A stretch of DNA of 64,000 nucleotides from contig CAYGEY010000002.1 in the NCBI GenBank assembly GCA_964349065.1, forward strand, positions 907 through 64,906, in the 5' to 3' direction. Below, piece by piece: positions 62,445 through 64,000 of this stretch. The stretch comes from an uncultured Candidatus Peribacteria bacterium. GTDB taxonomy: Bacteria > Patescibacteriota > Gracilibacteria > 1-14-2-50-48-13. Position numbers and translations under genes: made by a program. The notes below the pieces were generated by a model. It worked only from the letters and a program-made list of their open reading frames with translations, was not told the DNA's origin and ran no database searches. How positions within the stretch are numbered: the first letter of the stretch is position 1; every line of letters starts with the position of its first letter.

Positions 62445-62651
62445 ATGAAGCCAAGAGAAATGATCAAAGTCTTAGAAAAATTTGGTTTTTTTATACGTAG
62501 ACAATCCGGTAGCCATGTTTTTATGAAGAACTCAATGACAAATAGGACAACAGTTGTTCCATTTCACGCTAAAGATATTAACAGGGGTATTCTTTTTGAA
62601 ATACTAAAACAGGCTGGGATTACTCAAAAAGATTTTCTTGAAAAACGGTAG
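62445..62651 (+). CDS. hicA: HicA-family mRNA interferase toxin
   Basis: MKPREMIKVLEKFGFFIRRQSGSHVFMKN. The track's GTG at 62424, overlapping the hicB stop, is an alternative start. Confidence 0.85.
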   Translation: MKPREMIKVLEKFGFFIRRQSGSHVFMKNSMTNRTTVVPFHAKDINRGILFEILKQAGITQKDFLEKR

Positions 62652-62660
62652 CAGTTGAAT

Positions 62661-62700
62661 AAAAAAAACCGGCTCCCTCGTGGGAGACCGGCATTGTTTT
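62661..62700. terminator. bidirectional hairpin terminator
   Basis: A8-CCGGCTCCC-tcgt-GGGAGACCGG-cattgttttt, between convergent hicA and 62722..63966. Confidence 0.7.
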
Positions 62701-62721
62701 TGATATTTAATTTTCTCCTTT

Positions 62722-63966
62722 TTATTTTTTAGGTACATCTAGTGAGAATACTGCTGGCACATTTCCACCAAGGTTTGTACCAATGATTGAAATGCTGATT
62801 GCTGATGTACCATTTGTTACATCAAGCATCAAATCAAATTTTTTTGTCTCATCCTTTAGGATATCGACTTTCCCAACATTGATTTTGGTAATACCAGGTA
62901 ATAGATTTGCCACAGAAACAAGCTTGGTTTTGTTTGAAAAAATTGTCAGGTTTGCAGGCATACTACCAGGCTTCACATAGACTTTTAATTCTTCGATTGT
63001 TTGCGGGCCTGTGATCTGAAACGATCCAATTCTTCTACCAAAACCAGGATCAACTGTTTTTACTAGTTCGATTGGTGTGATTTCCGGACCACCAACTCTG
63101 TGAAGCTTCCCTTTCTTATCCTCGTATTCATAGAACAATACTTGGTAATTAAGAGATTGCGCAATATTCAACCTAGCGTTGATGAATAAATACTTTTCAT
63201 CCTTGGTGGCTATTTTCTCATTAATGGATTGGATATCAACCAAACCATTCATGGGTTCTAGCTTAGAATCTTCATCCACCTTATTCACAGTGTCACCAAA
63301 AGTGACATGGGAAAATGTTGGTTCAGAATAGAAAAGTGCAACTCTTTTCAATGTAGCTTCTTCGCTTGATGCCAATTTGAGAATTGTTACTACACGATCA
63401 GCAGGGGTTTGCATTCCAGTTGGTGATATGCCAGAAACGGTCACTTTCATGACTTCTGGAGCTGCTGAATCCATGACAATGTTCTTATTGCCTCCTAACG
63501 AATTAGCAGAACCAGGGGCAGGTAATGTCAGTATGGCATTACCTCCTGTTGTATCTTGAATTGTTCCTCCGTTGAGCGTTAACGCAGCAGAAGAAGCATA
63601 GTCAAGATCAGCAGAAGTGTTCCCAGCAGTAACAGTAAAGAGAAATGTAAGAGTAGCAGTCCCAGATCCAGCCTCGTAATTCAATACTGTTGTAGCCGGA
63701 GTACCTGTTGAAATCGTCAGTTGCGGATGATCCGTCACTTTAACGATTTTATCAAATACTACATGCACTGGAATCTGTGTACCTAGGTCATATCGACCAT
63801 CAGCAAGTGACGACGTAACCGAAATTACTTTTGGTAAGTTAGTTACGGGTTGCACTGTTTTCGTCACACTTGGTACCTTAGGTAAAATCACATAAGGCGC
63901 TACATCAGTACATCCAATTAACGCCAAGGCTCCACAAACAACTAACAAACTTTTCAAATTCAGCAT
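62722..63966 (-). CDS. surface lipoprotein with Ig-like/beta-sandwich repeats
   Basis: 414 aa. Lipobox LALIGC. The Thr/Gly/Ala-rich segment GTATLTFLFTVTAGNTSADLDYASSAALTLNGGTIQD is typical of bacterial Ig-like surface domains. Confidence 0.65.
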   Translation of the reverse strand: MLNLKSLLVVCGALALIGCTDVAPYVILPKVPSVTKTVQPVTNLPKVISVTSSLADGRYDLGTQIPVHVVFDKIVKVTDHPQLTISTGTPATTVLNYEAGSGTATLTFLFTVTAGNTSADLDYASSAALTLNGGTIQDTTGGNAILTLPAPGSANSLGGNKNIVMDSAAPEVMKVTVSGISPTGMQTPADRVVTILKLASSEEATLKRVALFYSEPTFSHVTFGDTVNKVDEDSKLEPMNGLVDIQSINEKIATKDEKYLFINARLNIAQSLNYQVLFYEYEDKKGKLHRVGGPEITPIELVKTVDPGFGRRIGSFQITGPQTIEELKVYVKPGSMPANLTIFSNKTKLVSVANLLPGITKINVGKVDILKDETKKFDLMLDVTNGTSAISISIIGTNLGGNVPAVFSLDVPKK

Positions 63967-64000
63967 AATTTCAATTATCCTTTTTCTTTTTGATTATGCC

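Noticed and set aside
58154-62700. Calling the region after tRNA-Gly an integrated mobile element or prophage
   Set aside because: No integrase, recombinase, transposase or phage structural gene is present. By eye I could not find a direct repeat of the tRNA 3' end downstream. A proper repeat search might still find one. The idea is kept only as one hypothesis in the findings.
1-64000. Possible alternative genetic code (UGA=Gly, as in some CPR lineages)
   Set aside because: Very long ORFs (IleRS 1267 aa, SecA 927 aa, phosphoketolase 786 aa) are intact under the standard code. TGA is also used as a real stop, for example for the DUF167 gene at 47478..47480. Code 11 fits.
1-64000. CRISPR arrays, rRNA genes, transposases/IS elements
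   Set aside because: I did not see regularly spaced direct repeats, rRNA-like conserved stretches or transposase motifs (DDE/HUH) in any frame. The only RNA gene I can support is tRNA-Gly.

Overview
This is a 64-kb, low-GC bacterial chromosomal segment. It uses the standard genetic code: ORFs of 1267 and 927 aa are unbroken by TGA. Genes are tightly packed, many lack an obvious Shine-Dalgarno sequence, and many are orphans. By inference only, this style fits a Patescibacteria/CPR-like organism. Most of the window is housekeeping: class III RNR (nrdD/nrdG), archaeal-type ProRS, phosphoketolase plus acetate kinase, TrmB, a LexA plus Y-family polymerase SOS cassette, FolC, PPase, MurD, SecA, IleRS, PNPase, GlyRS, a PBP5-type carboxypeptidase, EF-Ts/S2, L27, pyruvate kinase, PepF, PncA, TrhO, Xth and tRNA-Gly(UCC). 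The strongest candidate for a new system is at 58.2-62.1 kb. There, next to tRNA-Gly and a HicBA pair, sit a T4-gp42-like dCMP hydroxymethylase/methylase-type thymidylate-synthase homologue (Asp at the cytosine-specificity position), a T4-gp1-like dNMP kinase, a tandem MazG NTP pyrophosphohydrolase and a ParB/Srx-fold protein. That is the enzyme logic for replacing a canonical pyrimidine in DNA, here without any phage structural genes. Other notable items: (1) a histidine-phosphatase (PGAM-like) domain of about 198 aa nested inside IleRS; (2) an ultrashort-stem-I T-box leader before ileS; (3) nrdD cut by one in-frame TAA so the glycyl-radical loop lies on a 70-aa ORF; (4) a long hairpin element present twice (44.5 kb and 52.2 kb) with three compensatory base-pair changes; (5) two GGTGA-N8-TCACC palindromes before lexA; (6) several orphan gene blocks (4.1-6.1 kb zinc ribbons, 13.4-19 kb, 55.8-57.2 kb paralogue pair). 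All calls come from reading the sequence and recalled family motifs. No searches were run.
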